Positions 37,534 through 52,090 are shown, counted from the stretch's first letter. The stretch: 64,000 nucleotides of DNA from Octopus vulgaris (GCA_951406725.2 OX597820.1:103416001-103480000); one strand, 5' to 3'. Numbers and translations are program-made. The notes: generated from the sequence alone by a model not told the origin.

Positions 37534-37746
37534 TATGTATATATATACATATATATATCTATATAGATATACATACATATACACACATATATATACATAT
37601 GCACACACATATATATACATATACACATACATATATACATACACACATATATATGTACATATGCATACATATATATATATATATATATACTAGTAATGAT
37701 AATAATAATAATAATGATAATAATAATGATAATTAAAAAAAAAAAA

Positions 37747-37781
<35 letters not shown>

Positions 37782-37783
37782 TG

Positions 37784-37863
<80 letters not shown>

Positions 37864-37864
<1 letters not shown>

Positions 37865-38418
37865 CCCTGATGCAGTACCAGGCAGTGGCTCTCATGGCTT
37901 CTGATCTTAACTCATTGGAAGTGTTATCATGTACATTGTTTTGTCTTGGTATAAAAGATGGGCTACAGCAAATATTCTGCTCAATACCACAGATTTGCTT
38001 GTCAGTTGTTTGACCTTAACCAGTTGAGCATGTCCCTTAGTGGCTGACGATATATGCATCTCTGATCACGAGCAGAAGTAGTGGGGGAGCATCATAGCCA
38101 TGTGTTGAGAGGGATTCTTTGGGGTTTGAATAGTTCACCTCTGGAAACATGGGTGGTTCTTTCAACATCCTTAAACAACCCTTATTCAGGGACCGTTTGA
38201 GCGGGATGGGCTACTCAACCTGAAGAAAATTCTAACTGGGCCCCACCTGCAAGGTCATGTGCTGTTTATCTTGATATGAGATCACCATATCGCGCACATA
38301 TGGTTGTGATGCATGTGCCTGGTGTACCTTTATCAGACGGGTAGTCATGATGGGTATATTGGGCTTCGTATATTTTACCCCAGTGTCACTTTGATGGCAT
38401 GAACTGCTCTCTCACTCA
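37864..38418. mobile_element. ~555-bp non-coding insert within (AAT)n
   Basis: Sharp boundaries with (AAT)n on both sides, higher GC, no ORF. Confidence 0.6.
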
Positions 38419-38977
38419 ATAATAATAATAATAATAGGGAGTATAACTGCATACACATATGATGGAGACATAAAATTTTGGATGTTTTAATTTTTTAACC
38501 CTGACCAGTAATGTTCCCCTGAAACGGCCATAGATGGAACACCGTCCTATTTTTCGGATCCTATTTATTTACTGTTCTTAACCTTCATATCTTGTGTCAC
38601 TTTTATCTCAGATCTTATAAGTATTAGAAATTTCAAACGATTTAGGCGTTCTGCCATTTTGAAAATTGACATTTTTATTCTTATATTTATGAAAGTCTCA
38701 TTCGTTTTGTGCCTCCTTATTTATCACGAATTTATTTTTTAATCTATAAATAAATAAATATATATGTGTAAATTAATAGATTCTTTTAAAAAATCCCCGG
38801 GTGGAAGTGTGGAAATTCATCTCTAATCGGAGTCATGTTTCCGGATTGAAATACCAGGTCTTTTGTCTGTCCACATTACGTATTTATATCTCTCGTTTCA
38901 AGTTACTCTCGAGCACTTCTAAGTCCAAACCTCTACATTGTGAGTGAATTTCTAATCAATCTTCTTTCTCAAAACAA

Positions 38978-39073
<96 letters not shown>

Positions 39074-39132
39074 GCATTTATTTATATATACAATTACACA
39101 TATACACACACACACACATACATATATATATT

Positions 39133-39202
<70 letters not shown>

Positions 39203-39577
39203 CATACATACATATCATTACATATATGAATATATAAGTTCGTGTGCATGTACGGTATGATACAATTAATTTGATGGATGTTGAACTCAATTAGATGTAT
39301 ATTGAACTCAAGACATTCCAACAGATCTAATATGAGACATAACTTTACAAAATTTTAAATAAATAGCTAACGATGAGTTGGGATAACTTAAGGGTGTGAG
39401 ATTAATTTGTATGAAAATTGTTACACAACTCGAAAAATTCGCACCAAATACACACGTGAAAATTTCTGTTTTTCAAACTGCTTTCTTAGTATGTATGTAT
39501 GTTTGAATGTATGTATGTATGTATGTATGTATGTATGTATGTATGTATGTATGTATGTATGTATGTATGTATGTATA

Positions 39578-39889
39578 GCTTAGTGATTAGAGTGTCGGGT
39601 TCACAATCATGAAGTAGTGAGTTCGATTCTCGGATCGGACTGTGTGTTGTGTTCTTGAGCAAGACACTTTATTTCACGTTACTCCAGTTCACTCAGCTGT
39701 AGAAATAAGTTGTGACGTTACTAGTACCAAGCTGTATCGGCCTTTGTCTTTCCCTTGGATAACATCAGTGGCGTGGAGAGGGAATGCTGGCGTGCATGGC
39801 AGACTGCTGGTCTTCCATAAACAACCTTGCCTAGGAGGGGAACTCTCTAAGTGCAATCCTATGGTCATTCGCGACCGAAGGCGGTCTTT
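39578..39889 (+). mobile_element. SINE family C' (C head and core, different tail)
   Basis: Homologous to 55391-55707; head related to 33397-33630. Confidence 0.8.
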
Positions 39890-40928
39890 ATTGTATGTAT
39901 GTATGTATGTATGTATGTATGTATGTATGTATGTATGTATGTATGTATGTATGTATGTATGTATGTCTTGGGTATGACTTTAAATTGCATTTAGTAGTGA
40001 GGCCCGTGTACGAGAATTCCAGGTTTTGAGGAGTGTGGAACCACGTGTTAGCTACTATTGTTCGCTGGTTTCCTCTGATCTGGAGTAATAGCTTTTGTTA
40101 GAGTCCCAGCTAAGAGTTAACTAGCATGTGAATCACTGAGAGAAAAAGGACTCCTAGTTCTCGTTGGAACGTATTTCTGGGAGAAGTCAAACTTGTACAG
40201 AAGAACTGAAGTGTTTTTGGTTTGTTGGTTTCTGATCAACGCAACCTCTATTGCACCACCGGTGTTATACTTGATTTGTGGGTTTCTGTGCTGTTCACTA
40301 CTTTACTTCGGCAAAGGACAGGATAAGTACCAGGCTTAAAAGGAGAACATATAAGTACTGGGATCGATTCATTCGACTAAGATTCTTCAACGCGCTGCCC
40401 CAGCATAGCTGCAGTTAAATAACTGAAACAAGCAAAAGAAAAACTAAGAATATATTCCAGATATCACGGCTAATATAGTGAGGTAGAATCTCCATGATTT
40501 TCTCTCGTAGATGGCAAAGATGGGATTATATGGATTTTACATAGCCTACATTTGTTGTCAGCTGATCATTCTACCTTCTTGTGTGGGTGATGCTTTAAGT
40601 TATAGACTTGTAAGTATTCCATACTAATTATTTACCGTTCATTAATATTTTCCATGGAAACTAAAAGATTAATTATTATTCTATAAACTTCAACTATCCA
40701 AGCACATCGCTCTTAGTAAACTGGTTTGTCTTTTGTTTTTCGATTTTTCTTTTGTAAGGTAGGATTTTCCAAACTTCTTTGGAAGAACTCACGGGCAGCT
40801 TTCTGCCATGTTTCTCTTCAAGATCATTAACTATATTTATGATATTGTTATTATTTTCATGTTCACTGAAGTGTGTATGCTTATCAATGTATTTTGTACA
40901 TTTCTGACCAATATTAAGTCATCAAGAC

Positions 40929-41245
40929 GAGGGGTTCTCAACCTCAACCATTTTTTTTATCTATGAACTCCTTTGATTACTATTTTATTCTGGTGGATCC
41001 CCATAACCATTCGATGATTAAAAACTAGTTTTATTGAAACTTGTTTAGGTTGAATTATATAAAATGCTAACGAAAGAAACTAGGCTGTTTCTTGCAATAC
41101 ATACCAATACATCTAAAGCAATTTGTTTTTTCAGGGTCCCTTAAGATGCTACTGTGGTTCTCCAATTTACTATTTTGCTGTGTGGACACTCCAAAATCTT
41201 ATATGAACCCGCAGGGGCCGTATGGACCCCTGCTAAGAACCACTA
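40929..41245. mobile_element. hAT/Charlie-like MITE
   Basis: (G)AGGGGTTCTCAACC ... GGACCCCTGCTAAGAACCACT ends. Confidence 0.5.
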
Positions 41246-41344
41246 ATCTACATAGTCATATATACATGAATGTATGTGTGACGTGGGTATGTATGTCAGT
41301 GTTCACATATCTATCTATTTCTCAGACAGACAGACAGGTAGACT

Positions 41345-41404
<60 letters not shown>

Positions 41405-41492
41405 TCTGCCAGTATATCTTTCTTTCGATGAACTCACTGGTATGTGTCTCTTCAAAATCACTATATTTATTATATTGTTATTTTCATGAACA

Positions 41493-41591
<99 letters not shown>

Positions 41592-41688
41592 CAAAAAGGG
41601 TGAAATATAATTAATCTAATCTAATGGTAAGGATTATATTAATTATAATAAAGGGTTAATTGCAAGAAGTTGCTCAAAACCACATACC

Positions 41689-41731
<43 letters not shown>

Positions 41732-41783
41732 ATGTATGTATATGTATATATATGCATATATACATACATACATATACATACAT

Positions 41784-41841
<58 letters not shown>

Positions 41842-42480
41842 CACATATATCTGTCTAAATACCTCTATGTTTGCCTGTCCGCCAGATGGTCTATCTGACT
41901 GTCTGTGTATCTGTATGTCTGTCTGTATGTATATATGTATGTACGTATGTATGAAGGTAAGTGAAGAGGCACACAGGTGGGTAGATATATGAATATGTGT
42001 GTGTGTGCGTGCATGTGGATATATGTGTATGTTTATATATGTGTCCGTGTATGTTTATATACATATATATATATATATATATATACGTATATATATGTGC
42101 ATGTATGTATATGTATATATATAAATATATATATATATGTATATACATATCTATATATGTGTGTGTGCGTAAGTGTATGTGTGTATGTATGCATATATAT
42201 ATGTGTACGTTTGTATGTATGCACGTATATGCAAGCGTACAAGGATAATTATTTTCGTATTTGTTTTATACAACATTTGAAATACATGCATATATATACA
42301 CATCGTTATATATCCATACATACACGGGCAAAAGAATATATGTAAACAAATAAACACACACATCACGTATAGATACATGCAAACAAATCCACACATATAG
42401 ATGGATACATGCAAACACACATACATATATACATATACCCACAGATATATCTATCTATATATATATATATATATACATGT

Positions 42481-42519
<39 letters not shown>

Positions 42520-42567
42520 CATATATATATACCTATATATATATACATATATATATACATGTATATA

Positions 42568-42602
<35 letters not shown>

Positions 42603-42619
42603 ACATGCATATATATACC

Positions 42620-42659
<40 letters not shown>

Positions 42660-43410
42660 TATACCTACATGCATTCGCACACACACATTTCGTATTTTGT
42701 ACATGCGTGATAGATATAAAAATAAGAAAAACTATGAAAATAAATACATAAATAAATAAATAAATAACAAAATAAGAACAACAGCAAAAATTAAAATAAA
42801 AATATCAACTCCCCCAAAAATACACACTCCCAAAACGCCACACCAGAATAACAGTTAAACCACCACCACCACCAAAGTCGACCAATCTATCGGGTGGGCG
42901 AATGTGGGTGGTCCTCTCCCTCATCGTTTCAAGAAAAAAAACAACTAATAAAATAAATAAAAACTAAAAAAAAAAAAAAGCGAGGGGTGTCCATAATGCC
43001 TGGCACCCATCACCACCACCACCACCACCACCACTATCACCAATACCACCCTAACCACTAACAGAAACATATACGGGCGCGCGCACTCACATACGCACAC
43101 ATACACACACACACACTCGTACTTTCTCTTTCTTCCCTCACTCGCTCTCTCTCCCTTGCTCTCTCTGTCTCTCTGTCTCTCTCCCTCTCTCTCTCCAACT
43201 CTTACTCTTAGATGCATACGCACACGTTGACAGCCAAAGACATACACTAATATGTGCCTGCGTGTGCGCATTTGTGTATGCGTGTGTGTATGTGTGTGTG
43301 TGTGTGTGTGTGTATTTGTGCGCGCGTGTGTGTGAGAGTGAGTGTATACATCTATACATGTATTTGCATATATATGTATATATATATTTACATATATATA
43401 TATATACATT

Positions 43411-43461
<51 letters not shown>

Positions 43462-43483
43462 CATATATATGTATATATATATG

Positions 43484-43515
<32 letters not shown>

Positions 43516-43600
43516 ATTACGTGCATACTTACACATCGATATATATATATATACACGCTTGCGTATTTATGTATATTTAGGCCTATATACTTATCTCCAT

Positions 43601-43631
<31 letters not shown>

Positions 43632-43903
43632 TGCACTCACACACGCACGCACACACGCACGCACACATAAACGCATACACACACACACACACACACACAA
43701 ACGTACGCATGTATGTACATTCTCACCATTACGGTCAATACAGCTGCCGCCAGCACTCATGCGATTCCATATTCAGTTAGTTTGAATATGTTATTATTCC
43801 TGGTAGCGAATTGGTTGTAGCATCAGAGTTCGGTGTTTGCTGCAGACGTCAGAATTGAGGAGGTGCGATGATATGTGGTGATACGGTGTGTGTGTGTGTG
43901 TAT

Positions 43904-43978
<75 letters not shown>

Positions 43979-44124
43979 CGCGCGTGCGGCTATGATGGGT
44001 GTGTTTTGACTGTGTACGTGCTTTTGGAAATTTGGCAGATGTTCTTTATGTGTGTGGGTATATATATATATATACATATATACATATATATATATATATA
44101 TGCATGTATAAATATGTGTGTGTC

Positions 44125-44172
<48 letters not shown>

Positions 44173-44251
44173 TATACACCACAGGTACATAGATAGATAG
44201 ATAGATAGATAGATACAGATACACATGCACCACACATACACACATATGTAA

Positions 44252-44282
<31 letters not shown>

Positions 44283-44304
44283 TATATGTATGTATGTGTG
44301 TATG

Positions 44305-44338
<34 letters not shown>

Positions 44339-44376
44339 TATATGTATGTATGTATATATGTATGTATGTGTGTATG

Positions 44377-44410
<34 letters not shown>

Positions 44411-44454
44411 TGTATGTATGTATGTATATCTACTTGATTCATTCATTTGCCTGC

Positions 44455-44682
44455 AGCCATTCTGGAACACCGTCTTTAGTCGAGCAAATCGACCCCAGGA
44501 CTTATTCTTTGTAAGCCTAGTACTTATTCTATCGGTCTATTTTGCCGAAACGCTATGTTACGGGGACGTAAACACACCAACATCGGTTGTCAAGCGATGG
44601 TGAGAAGACAAATACAGACACACAAATACATATATAATACATACATACACACACATACACACACATACATACATACATACAT

Positions 44683-44744
<62 letters not shown>

Positions 44745-44880
44745 GATGGGCTTCTTGTTTTTGTTTCCGTTTACCAAATCCATTCACAAGGCTCTAATCG
44801 GCCCGAGGCTATAGCGGAAGTTACTTGCCCAAGTGGAACTGAACCCGGAGCCATGTGGTTGGGAAGCAAGCTTCTTACTA
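44455..44880 (-). mobile_element. SINE family A
   Basis: Head and 3' half around an internal microsatellite. Confidence 0.8.
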
Positions 44881-45145
44881 TATACATATATATGATTAAG
44901 AATCAGTTGAATTAGGTACTTAAACTGAGGCACCAAGCCAGTTCGGTATCGTCCGCACAGCTCCAGTTTAGGTGAACAGAATGCAAATAAGTAACAAGGA
45001 TGCCCAGGTATCAATACATTACCGCCGTTCTACCACAAATATAACATAAGGAAACAATGTCATTTTTTTGTGATTTCTAGTATTGATATACATTTTTTTT
45101 AAATGGTTTATCCTTTATATTGAAAATCTAGATGATCCTCTACGT

Positions 45146-45219
45146 CTGAGGAGAGCGGTTTCTTTCAAACTAATGGAATGTTTCCATTGATCGATTAAAT
45201 GGAGTCGCTCGAAACGGCC
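45146..45219 (+). ncRNA. Hammerhead motif with long stem II
   Basis: CTGAGGA-GAGCGGTTTC..GGAGTCGCTC-GAAACGGCC; U16.1 is mutated to C versus GAAACGGTC in the 31496 copy. Confidence 0.6.
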
Positions 45220-45772
45220 GTAATGTATTGATACTTGGACATCCTTGTTACTTATTTACATTCTTTACATATATATATATAGATATTACCTACATATAGC
45301 TTATAAGATTAAATACATAAATACATATATAGCTGCATGTATGTATGTTTGTATATACATACATCTATACGCATATATATACACATATGTGCACGTATAT
45401 GCGTACATACGTGCATATATACAAACATACATAATATGAAAAATACCTCTGTGTGTGTTTACATACATATATATGTGTGTGCGCGCGTGTATACATATAC
45501 ATATGTGGGTGTATGTATATGTATATATATATATATGTGTATATATATATATATATATATACACCCATACGCACGTGCAACAACATACACGTGCATATAC
45601 ACACTAATGCCGTGAGAGGCATACATTCTTACACATAAACATACACACACATATACACACATATATACCCACATATATGCACACGTTTTTATGAGCATCT
45701 CCATCATTATGCAGCAGAAGAGGTAGACAGGTTATGCCTTCTTCTTTCTCTCTCTGTCTTTCTATCTCTCTT

Positions 45773-45818
<46 letters not shown>

Positions 45819-46247
45819 CCTCATTTTACTCGATCTTAGCACCTGGAACACAGGGACGTATTCCCTCGAGCGATTTCTAAGGCCTGTGTTGTTTGGAGTT
45901 TTGCTTATCTCCTGAGCCGATCAGTCACTAACTGGCGTAATTTATACAAAGCAATGAACTGGGGAATTGTGATACGAATGGCTTTCTCAGGGAAACAAAG
46001 GTTAAAGGAACCAAATGTGTTTTAAGAAAGAATTGAAATCCCATCGCAGGCTCGGCTTGCCGTAATAGAAAAGGCTGGAACTGCCAGACATCACCCATGG
46101 TTCTAAATACACAACGTGGCCACCGTAGGCGAAGGAATGTTATATTTGGAACAATGTATCTGTTGACTGTATAGGTGATGTTTGGTGAGGGCTTTTTTTT
46201 TTTTGGTAAATACATAGAACAAACATTATAAATAAATAAATAAATAA

Positions 46248-46316
<69 letters not shown>

Positions 46317-46390
46317 TATATACATTCACAAATACATACACAGATACATGCATATCTATGCATGAATATATGTATGTATTTATGTATGTG

Positions 46391-46427
<37 letters not shown>

Positions 46428-46539
46428 CATATGTATGTATATAAATGTATTTAGGTATCTATATATACGTGTATTTATGCATATATATTATATAAATTCA
46501 TACACACACATAGACGCATATTAAATAAATTAATGCATA

Positions 46540-46593
<54 letters not shown>

Positions 46594-46599
46594 TATATA

Positions 46600-47153
46600 C
46601 AGGGTTATTCAAAAAGAAAGAGTAGATTTCAAATTTATTTTTTTAAAAAAAGGTAAGAGACAGAAACACATACTACCTATTTCTTGATAGGGGAAGGTTT
46701 AAAGTTTATAGCTGAACATGATCAATTGAATTAAGCCTTAAATAGAATAACATTTTAATTTTGTTTCAATGTTTCATTTTGTTCATTTTATTTATAGTTG
46801 CATACTTTTCATTTGTGTAATCCCTTAGAAAATGGCGACGCCACAAGAAAAGTCTTTTGTGCGCTGCAGTTTGAGAAATGTGAATCGATTGTGCAAATGC
46901 AACGTGAATTTCGCCGCCAATTCAATAAAAAAAATCCCCCTCGTCACAAGCAAATTTACGAATGGCATAACATTCCACAGAAAAAGGTTTCGATGTTTGT
47001 CGAGCAACACATGGTGCTCATTTTGAGTGCATACTACCTTAAAATAAACTTTAAACCTTTCCCTATCAAGAAATATGTAGAATGCGTTTGTGTCTCTTAC
47101 CGTTTGTTTTAAAAGTAAATTTAAAATCTGTTCTTTCTTTTTGAATAATTGTG
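46600..47153 (+). mobile_element. Internally deleted Tc1/mariner element (rosa-like) with ~110-bp TIRs
   Basis: CAGGGTTATTCAAAAAGAAAG.. / ..CTTTCTTTTTGAATAA; remnant [32 protein letters not shown] fused to the HGAHFE C-terminus. Confidence 0.8.
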
Positions 47154-47155
47154 TG

Positions 47156-47208
<53 letters not shown>

Positions 47209-47218
47209 GTATATATAT

Positions 47219-47275
<57 letters not shown>

Positions 47276-47711
47276 TATGTATGTATGTATGTATGTGTGT
47301 ATGTATATACACACACTTTAATCATAATGTAGAAGCCCATCTGCTTATCCCTGTACTCGAAAGTTGTATGTAGATGTGATATTCGTCTGAGGTATACATA
47401 TGAGTTGAAAAATACTGGAAGAAGTTTTTGCGGTGTAATTACATATCAAAGTAGGAGACTGGAAAACGTTTTTAGCTTTATTTATTCACCATTATACGTG
47501 TTCCATTTGGTAATAAGGGTAATATAAATGTGCAAGTAGGAGAAACGTGAGACATCTATTAGAAATTCTTCAAGAGAAACAAATAATGTATTACTTGATC
47601 CTGCGGCTCGATCATGTACAATTTTATAGCCTCTATTAGCAAATGAAACACATGTAATGGTGAAAAAATAATTCAAAAAATTTTTGTATAATCTCCTGTT
47701 TTGGTATATAC

Positions 47712-47782
<71 letters not shown>

Positions 47783-48002
47783 CTATTATGTTAAACTGTC
47801 GTATGTCCAAAATTGGCCAAATACTTTCTTTTCAATATTAATTTTTTGCTTGCAATAGCCTCTTCGTTTGGTCAAGCTATCGTATCTTCTACTGCTTCAG
47901 ATGCCAAGATATGAAAAATTGTCACTGGAGTGGTGAAACTAATTTTTCGTTTTCTGAAAAAGCAACGTTTCGGACTTACGACACTTCTGCATAATAGCAA
48001 TG

Positions 48003-48051
<49 letters not shown>

Positions 48052-48220
48052 TGTCTGTGTGTGGGTAGCCCTTCGGAAGTATTTAAAGGACAAATCTAAT
48101 AATTCTACTACAGTTGTTAATTGTAGAACACGACTGTTACTACTACTGCATAAACTTGATGATTGCGTAACGCATGAACGTACTAGTTTTATCACAATGA
48201 ATAGATAATATTCTATTATT

Positions 48221-48370
48221 GCGGCTGTGGTAAGTAGGTTGCTTACCAATCATATGGTTCCGGGTTCAGTCCCACTACATGGCACCTTGGGCAAATGTCT
48301 TCTACTATAGCCTCGGGTCGACCAAAGCCTTGTGAGTGGATTTGGGAGACGGAAACTGAAAGAAGCCTGT

Positions 48371-48372
<2 letters not shown>
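48221..48372 (+). mobile_element. SINE family A head
   Basis: Homology to 5162-5330. Confidence 0.85.
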
Positions 48373-48402
<30 letters not shown>

Positions 48403-48409
<7 letters not shown>

Positions 48410-49129
48410 GATATAGGATAAAATTTTTTTCGGGAAAAAAATTTTATCATTGGCCAACATATCAAAAAATGCCTTTAAAGGTAAAATTTATACATAATTT
48501 ACAAGATAAGGGCAGAAGAAAAATTCTAATGCCAGATACGCCGAAACAAAAAATTGTCGATAACCATTAAATTTATGCGTCTCGAAACAAACCGATAGAA
48601 ATCTCTAAAAATTCGTTATTACCGTATTGGTCCAATTTCGGGGTTAATTCACAAGAAATTTTCCCTCTTCAGCGGCACATACGCGAGATATAAATGAAAT
48701 ACTTATTCATACCCATGGAAGAAGCAAGCACCAAGTCCCGAGCAGACTTAAGTACCCCAAATATATCCAAATAGAAAAATCTTCGGCGCACCTCGAGACA
48801 CGTGTGATTCGAACTAGAAACTTTCACAGAGTGACAGAATCCGGAAGTGAACACTATTCTATTTATAATTGATATAGGATAAAAAAAATTTCGGGAAAAA
48901 ATGTTATCAATGGCCAGCATATCAAAAAATGCATTTAAAGGTAAAATTTATACATAATTTACAAGATAAGGGCAGAAGAAAAATTCTAATGCCAGATACG
49001 CCGAAACAAAAAATTGTCGATAACCATTAAATTTATGCGTCTCGAAACAAACCGATAGAAATCTCTAAAAAATTCGTTATTACCGTATTGGTCCAATTTC
49101 ATTTATATCTCGCGTATGTGTCGCTGAAG
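48403..49129 (-). mobile_element. Retrozyme/Penelope-pLTR-like element: 461-bp monomer x1.5 plus a short inverted segment
   Basis: 48403-48639 repeated at 48864-49100; 49096-49129 is the reverse complement of 48667-48700; contains a hammerhead. Confidence 0.8.
48620..48677 (-). ncRNA. Type I hammerhead ribozyme, complete
   Basis: Minus strand TGCCG-CTGAAGA-GGG..CCC-GAA-ATTGG A CCAAT-A-CGGTA; all core nucleotides, AUA triplet. Confidence 0.8.
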
Positions 49130-49467
49130 TTGTGTTTCCGGCAGTAACAATGGAGGCGGCGGCAGCGGTAATGTTGGTTGTGGTGGTGATGATGCGAGTG
49201 CCATTGAGTTTATGACAGCAATATTGTTGTTATTGCTCAATACGAACATCACAGTGGATGTTTTATAGTGACTAACGATTTTCTTCACTGTTTGTTCTAC
49301 CTTTCGACAAATAAATCCATTCATTTTCATGCGACACAGACACGAGGAAATGTAGGAATGTCTTATTTTTCAACACTAGCACGGAATATGATTTCTGATA
49401 CCGTTAGGTGAAGAGATATTTTCCAGTGCCCTCAAATTTAATATGCAATAATTTATAATTGAGGAAT

Positions 49468-49560
49468 CCCACGCTGAAGAGACGAAAATAGTCGGGTAAG
49501 GTATAATTATTTATTATTTATGCTTTATACTGATTTAATTCCGAAACGTACGTCCGTGGG
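49468..49560 (+). ncRNA. Type I hammerhead ribozyme, complete, long stem II
   Basis: CCCACG-CTGAAGA-[62-nt hairpin]-GAAAC GTAC GTC-CGTGGG; perfect stem I, palindromic stem III, GUC triplet. Confidence 0.85.
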
Positions 49561-49833
49561 TAACCTAATATAGAATGATTTTCGTCATTTTTTCCCTTTT
49601 GCCTGCGTGGTTTGTTTTCAAGTGCTTTGGTTTTTCTGGGAACGCCCTTTAAAGTAGAAGGAATAGCTAAGATTTTTTGACTACTATTTCCAAACTGCGG
49701 TATGTGGTGAAGCAAATCGTTGCTGAACCCTAATTATAAAGTATTACTTAAGCTTACCATGAAATGGTCCTTTTCATGCCGAATTCTACTTGGTGAAATT
49801 ACGGATTACTTCTTAATTAATTTCACCCTTTGT

Positions 49834-49872
<39 letters not shown>

Positions 49873-50400
49873 TCACTCTATGTTCTTGTGAATATCTTTC
49901 GTGGTTTCAACAATTTTATGTAAGATATTTTTCTGCATCAACAGGTGGAACTCTCTGTCCTCAGGTGTATATCGTATTATCTTTTGCTGATGTAGAATTG
50001 TGCTTGGTTTCTAAATTTGTTTTGTTGTGTGTTCAGGGGTATGCTTTATCATCTCTGCCATTGCATCAGTTTTTCGCCTGTTTATTGTTTTCCAATATGT
50101 GCAATTCGAGTCGTATTTATTTGTTAGATGCGGATTGTATTTCGTATGTGCTGTATAGTTTGTTAAGTTTTTTGTTAGATGGTGATTGTGCACAATACGA
50201 ACTATATGGGTTGTTGGGGATTGTGGCATGTATGACAGTATCAGATGTTGATTATATAAGAGTAAATGTTCTGTTATTTCATTGAGTGGTTTTGGCTTAG
50301 CGTATATTTGTGTGGGCTATGTTATATTATTTGGTGATTCTCTATTACCTTTATATAAGTTGTGTTATTTTATTATGTTGTAAAGAGAATGGGAAGTATA

Positions 50401-51258
50401 CAGGGTGTTCCGGATAAATTTGATTTTTTTCTATTTCCTTTTTTTTCAGAAACAGCTTGATATATTGGTAAACAGTCAACAGCGTTGGAGAGTATAAAGA
50501 TTAAAGTTGTAGCTGAGAAAAAGTCAACTGACACGAAGAGGTGGAAGCCATCAGAATATTGGAAAAGAGTTACCTGTATCATGATGATTCATGCTGGGTA
50601 TCAAAATACCTATATCATGACTACTGTTCAATGCTCTGAGAACAACGTATAGACTATAAGATGTGACATGGATATCTGCAACGGAATTTGCGAAGCCGTG
50701 GCTTGCACGAAGGGACTCAGCAGGCGTTCTGACTCATACACACTCCGGAATTCATACAAATGTAGTGCAAGGTGATGGTAGATCTGAGCAAGGGAATCTG
50801 GGCTTTGACGAGAAAAATGGATGTTGGAGTTGCCACAGTGAAGCTGGCGCTGAATGATCACTTCGCTAACATTCAAACAAGAGGAGCTATACCTTCGGAA
50901 AGAATTGTTGTCGAAACATTTCTACGGATTCACCGGCCCCAATTCCTGGCCTCCTAATCCCCTCGACTGTAATCTTATGATATACTATGTGTGGGACGCG
51001 GTTGAGGAAGACACCAACCGCTCTGCCTGCAGTACCAAGGCCGAGCTGGTGGCCAAGATCAAGGAGGTGTTCGAAAATCTTTTTAAGGTCATAGTGAGGG
51101 ATGCATGCGCCTGGTTCGGGAGCCGTCTTGAAGCCATAGTGGAAGCTAAGGGTAGTTAGTAGTCGATATTTTGTGTTTTAAAATAGTTTTCTTTGGATGA
51201 GATATTGTATTTTTTTTGGTCATTTATGCTAACTGTCAAATTTAACCCGAGCACCTAG
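50401..51258 (+). mobile_element. Tc1/mariner (DD37D/maT-like) element, deleted and decayed
   Basis: TA-CAGGGTGTTCCGGATAAATTTGA / TCAAATTTAACCCGAGCACCTAG-TA; WPPNPLDCNLMIYYVW..SRLEAIVEAKG. Confidence 0.8.
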
Positions 51259-51269
51259 TAAGTTTTGTT

Positions 51270-52090
51270 CTCAATAGAAGGTATCTTACGCAGGATGTAG
51301 GCTATCTTGTCTAGTAGGGCTAGTTTTTAAACTGTCTAAAGATTTCTGAACTCTTGAATTAGTTTTATGTTTTCTCCAAAGTTTTTATTAGCAAATTTCT
51401 CCAATTATTATTGGTACTATATTCACATTCCTTTCCCACATCTCTTTCCCTGTGCAAATTTATGATAGTTTCTCAGCTTTTGTTTCCGGGTAATACTTTG
51501 GTCAAAATAGATCGTAATGTGTTGACCGTTATTATATGTTGACTGTAATTATATGTTGACCATTTCTTTAGCTCTCCTTGACAGTCTGAACGGGTATGTA
51601 CCAGATTATTATACCTAGATCGTTGCAATGTATTATATTTGACACACGCTCATTAATTCTTATCTGTTCTCACGTCAAAGTGTTGGCCTATTTTCTAACA
51701 GGCGTAGCTCTTCACTCGATCATAAGCATAGACATACTCTGACTTGTCACTGACAAGGCAGCCAAAAATTATGTCAATTGTCTCATTGAACGTATTTTCT
51801 TCATATTTTCGCGGGTGGGTTGGCAGAATTTCCATTTCTGCTTTTAGTTGAGAGTATCAGAGCTACTGTTGACTTCCACTCTAGTTTAGTTTCTCTCTGC
51901 CTGTTGAATATTGCGGGGTGTTGAACATGAAATGTTTCCCTTTAGTATGCTTTTAAAGTTTTTCTCGTGGTTTGTCCTAAAGTAATTTTTATAAGTGGTA
52001 GTTAAACAGATTATGAACCGATAGTTATTTGGAACTTATGTTTCATTACTCTTTGGGAGTGTTTGCTTAGAATCTCTTGTAATTTCAATG
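51270..52090 (-). mobile_element. Decayed RT fragment of an R4/Dong-like LINE
   Basis: LPKSNET*VPNNYRFIICLTTTYK at about 52060-51990 matches RT domains 1-2 (K..YRPI.CL..YK). Confidence 0.55.

Larger units (their letters stand above)
41340..46600. repeat. ~5-kb field of degenerate purine-pyrimidine microsatellites with small unique islands
   Basis: (TA)n/(CA)n/(TATG)n/(GA)n mosaics. Confidence 0.9.

Noticed and set aside
38501-38530. CTGACCA..GAAACGGCC hammerhead-like string
   Set aside because: Core mutated and no stem II pairing; too decayed to count
41643-44603. Many long overlapping ORFs (up to 271 aa) rich in Y/I/C/V/M/H/T
   Set aside because: Translations of stop-free microsatellites in all frames; not genes
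47961-47992. Minus-strand ..GTAAGTCCGAAACGTTGC hammerhead-like string
   Set aside because: CUGAnGA box absent
49884-49946. Minus-strand TTGATGC..GAAAGATATTC hammerhead-like string
   Set aside because: Several core mismatches and no convincing stem II
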